A program made the translations under genes and the position numbers. The notes beneath the pieces were generated by a model. The model made no database searches. It was not told where the DNA came from and worked only from the letters and a program-made list of their open reading frames with translations. From a bacterium (GTDB lineage Bacteria > RBG-13-66-14 > B26-G2 > WVWN01), in NCBI GenBank assembly GCA_035529855.1, contig DATKVX010000044.1, positions 12,189-76,188 on the forward strand: 64,000 bases of DNA, in the 5' to 3' direction. Shown here in pieces: positions 62,688 to 64,000 of the stretch. Position 1 is the first letter of the stretch. Every line of letters begins with the position of its first letter.

Positions 62688-63386
62688 ATGAAGCTTAAAG
62701 CTTTCGTTACGTTATGCATAGCGGCGGTCCCCGCGTTAGCGCTGGTCAATTTCAAAGGCGGCTATACGTCCACCCTGGGCGAGCTGGGTGAACGGTATAC
62801 CGGCGGCCTGGGCGTCATGATGGAGCTGGAGATCGGCCTGCCCGGCCCGCTGGCCGTCGTGCCGATGGGCGGCTACACTCAGCTCGGGCAGGATAAGGAA
62901 TTTACGGACCTGCTAAACGAATACATTAATGAATATTGGCCGCGCCCGCTTCCCATCCCGGAACAGCTGCGCGAATTGGGCAAGATAAACTCCAGCATGT
63001 TTTATTTCGGCGGCGGCCTGCGTTTCTACGCCATAAAAAACTTAGCGGTCAAAGTACACGTCGAGGGCGGCGCCGGTTATTACTACCGCGATATGGAAGC
63101 CCAGGGCGTCCCACTGTCGCTCATCGCCGCCGCCATCCCGGAATTCGAGGAATTCGAGGAAGCGGTGAAACCTGAAAAGGGCGCCGGCCTCCACGCCGAC
63201 TTCGGCCTGGAACTCTTCCCCATATCGCCGGTCGCGCCCCAGGTGGGCGTACGCTACATCCACGCCTTCGGCATCGGCCGTACTCGTATAGACGAATTTA
63301 TGGCGGAAAACATACCGGGGTTTAAAGCGTCCAAAAGCAAGGACGTGGACATGTTCCTGTTCTACGCAGGCCTCGGGATTTTTTAA
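62688..63386 (+). CDS. Small outer-membrane beta-barrel protein
   Basis: Signal peptide. Alternating aromatic strands. C-terminal …GLGIF. Confidence 0.55.
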   Translation: MKLKAFVTLCIAAVPALALVNFKGGYTSTLGELGERYTGGLGVMMELEIGLPGPLAVVPMGGYTQLGQDKEFTDLLNEYINEYWPRPLPIPEQLRELGKINSSMFYFGGGLRFYAIKNLAVKVHVEGGAGYYYRDMEAQGVPLSLIAAAIPEFEEFEEAVKPEKGAGLHADFGLELFPISPVAPQVGVRYIHAFGIGRTRIDEFMAENIPGFKASKSKDVDMFLFYAGLGIF

Positions 63387-63403
63387 TATTAACCGTAAAA
63401 AAT

Positions 63404-63432
63404 TTACCCGGCCGCGGAGGCCGGGTTTTTAT
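63404..63432 (+). terminator. Rho-independent terminator (CCCGGCCgcggaGGCCGGG-TTTTTATTT)
   Basis: Hairpin plus T-run. Confidence 0.8.
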
Positions 63433-63449
63433 TTAGCGCGTTTTCCCGC

Positions 63450-64000
63450 TCACTTCCCTAATACGGTCGCCAGCGCGCGGAGGAAGGCGTCGTTCTCCTC
63501 GGGCCGCCCGACCGAGACCCGCAGCGCGTTCGGAAGGCCCCAGCCGGCCATAGGGCGGACGACGACCCCCAGCTTCAACAATCCCTCGAATACCGGCGCG
63601 GCCTCCCGTTCCAAGTCGACCAGGACGAAGTTAGCCTCCGACGGCACGTATTTCGCGCCCAATTCTTCCAGGCCGCGGTAAATTTGCTCGCGGCCGGCGG
63701 CGACCATCTCGCAGCTGCGCGCGAGGTGTTCGTCGTCTTCCAGCGCCGCGACGCCGGCGACTTGCGCCAGCCGGTTGGCGTTGAAAGGCTGGCGGATGCG
63801 GTGCATCGCGCCCACAAGTTCGGCGTCCGCGGCGCCCCAGCCCAACCGCAGGCCGGCGAGGCCGTAGTTCTTCGAGAAGCTGCGCAACGCCATCACCGGC
63901 CGCCCGGCCCTCACGTAGTCGAGCGCGTCGGGGTAGTCCTTCGCCGTTACGAAGTCGAAGTACGCCTCGTCCAGAACGACGAGCACGGTATCGGGCACGC
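63450..64000 (-). CDS. hisC: Histidinol-phosphate aminotransferase, 3' portion (gene continues beyond the window edge)
   Basis: Class-II aminotransferase PLP-lysine motif SFSKNYGLAGLRLGW. The reading frame is open to the end of the window. Confidence 0.7.
   Translation of the reverse strand, partial: VPDTVLVVLDEAYFDFVTAKDYPDALDYVRAGRPVMALRSFSKNYGLAGLRLGWGAADAELVGAMHRIRQPFNANRLAQVAGVAALEDDEHLARSCEMVAAGREQIYRGLEELGAKYVPSEANFVLVDLEREAAPVFEGLLKLGVVVRPMAGWGLPNALRVSVGRPEENDAFLRALATVLGK

Noticed and set aside
1-64000. CRISPR arrays, IS elements, integrases or prophage remnants
   Set aside because: No direct-repeat arrays, terminal inverted repeats, or transposase, integrase or phage structural protein signatures were found on visual scan. 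Compositionally AT-richer patches at 5100-5925, 7990-8110 and 24294-24800 contain ordinary secreted or membrane genes, not mobile-element genes.

Overview
This is a high-GC bacterial chromosomal segment. It is bacterial rather than archaeal: lipoprotein lipoboxes, outer-membrane beta-barrels ending in Phe, a type IX secretion C-terminal sorting domain, and bacterial-type PheST, ZapA, RlmB and ThyX are all present. About 80 genes are tightly packed and most are housekeeping or metabolic. There are no CRISPR arrays, transposases or integrases. Fourteen loci merit a second look.

- A three-gene bacterial ceramide (sphingolipid) synthesis cluster, Spt/bCerS/CerR-like, at 231..3573.
- A tRNA-Ala(CGC) with a textbook sigma70 promoter, divergent from thyX.
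- An FG-GAP repeat protein ending in a T9SS sorting domain, which hints at a Bacteroidota-, Gemmatimonadota- or Fibrobacteres-like candidate phylum.
- An orphan radical-SAM enzyme with a Cys-rich C-terminal domain, next to a DedA membrane protein.
- A TusA/DsrE sulfur-relay pair.
- A three-gene module built around an N-terminal class-III nucleotidyl-cyclase domain fused to a TPR-like helical domain. It is flanked by a 2-TM coiled-coil protein and a secreted protein.
- The most striking locus: an archaeal-type Glu-tRNA(Gln) amidotransferase GatE...GatD operon interrupted by a small prenyltransferase/squalene-cyclase-repeat protein.
- Two separate archaeal-type (type 2) LeuC/LeuD pairs, one with a GC3-rich 42-aa hydrophobic micro-ORF wedged between large and small subunit. 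These sit with an isocitrate/isopropylmalate-dehydrogenase-family gene and a saccharopine-dehydrogenase-family gene.
- A split ATP-citrate-lyase-like set: a citryl-CoA-lyase-like short citrate-synthase homolog, a SucD-like alpha subunit, and a SucC-like beta subunit carrying a C-terminal 2x[4Fe-4S] ferredoxin domain.
- A HicAB toxin-antitoxin pair.
- Tandem paralogous small lipoproteins.
- A perfect TTGAC-N4-GTCAA palindrome at the class-II activation position (-41.5). It follows a Crp/Fnr regulator, doubles as that gene's terminator, and precedes a ferredoxin-like gene.
- A PheT lacking the usual N-terminal tRNA-binding domain.
- A 927-aa outer-membrane protein combining an HExxH motif, a TolB-like propeller and an Omp85-like barrel.

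Many opposite-strand ORFs in the six-frame track are GC-driven shadow ORFs and were rejected.
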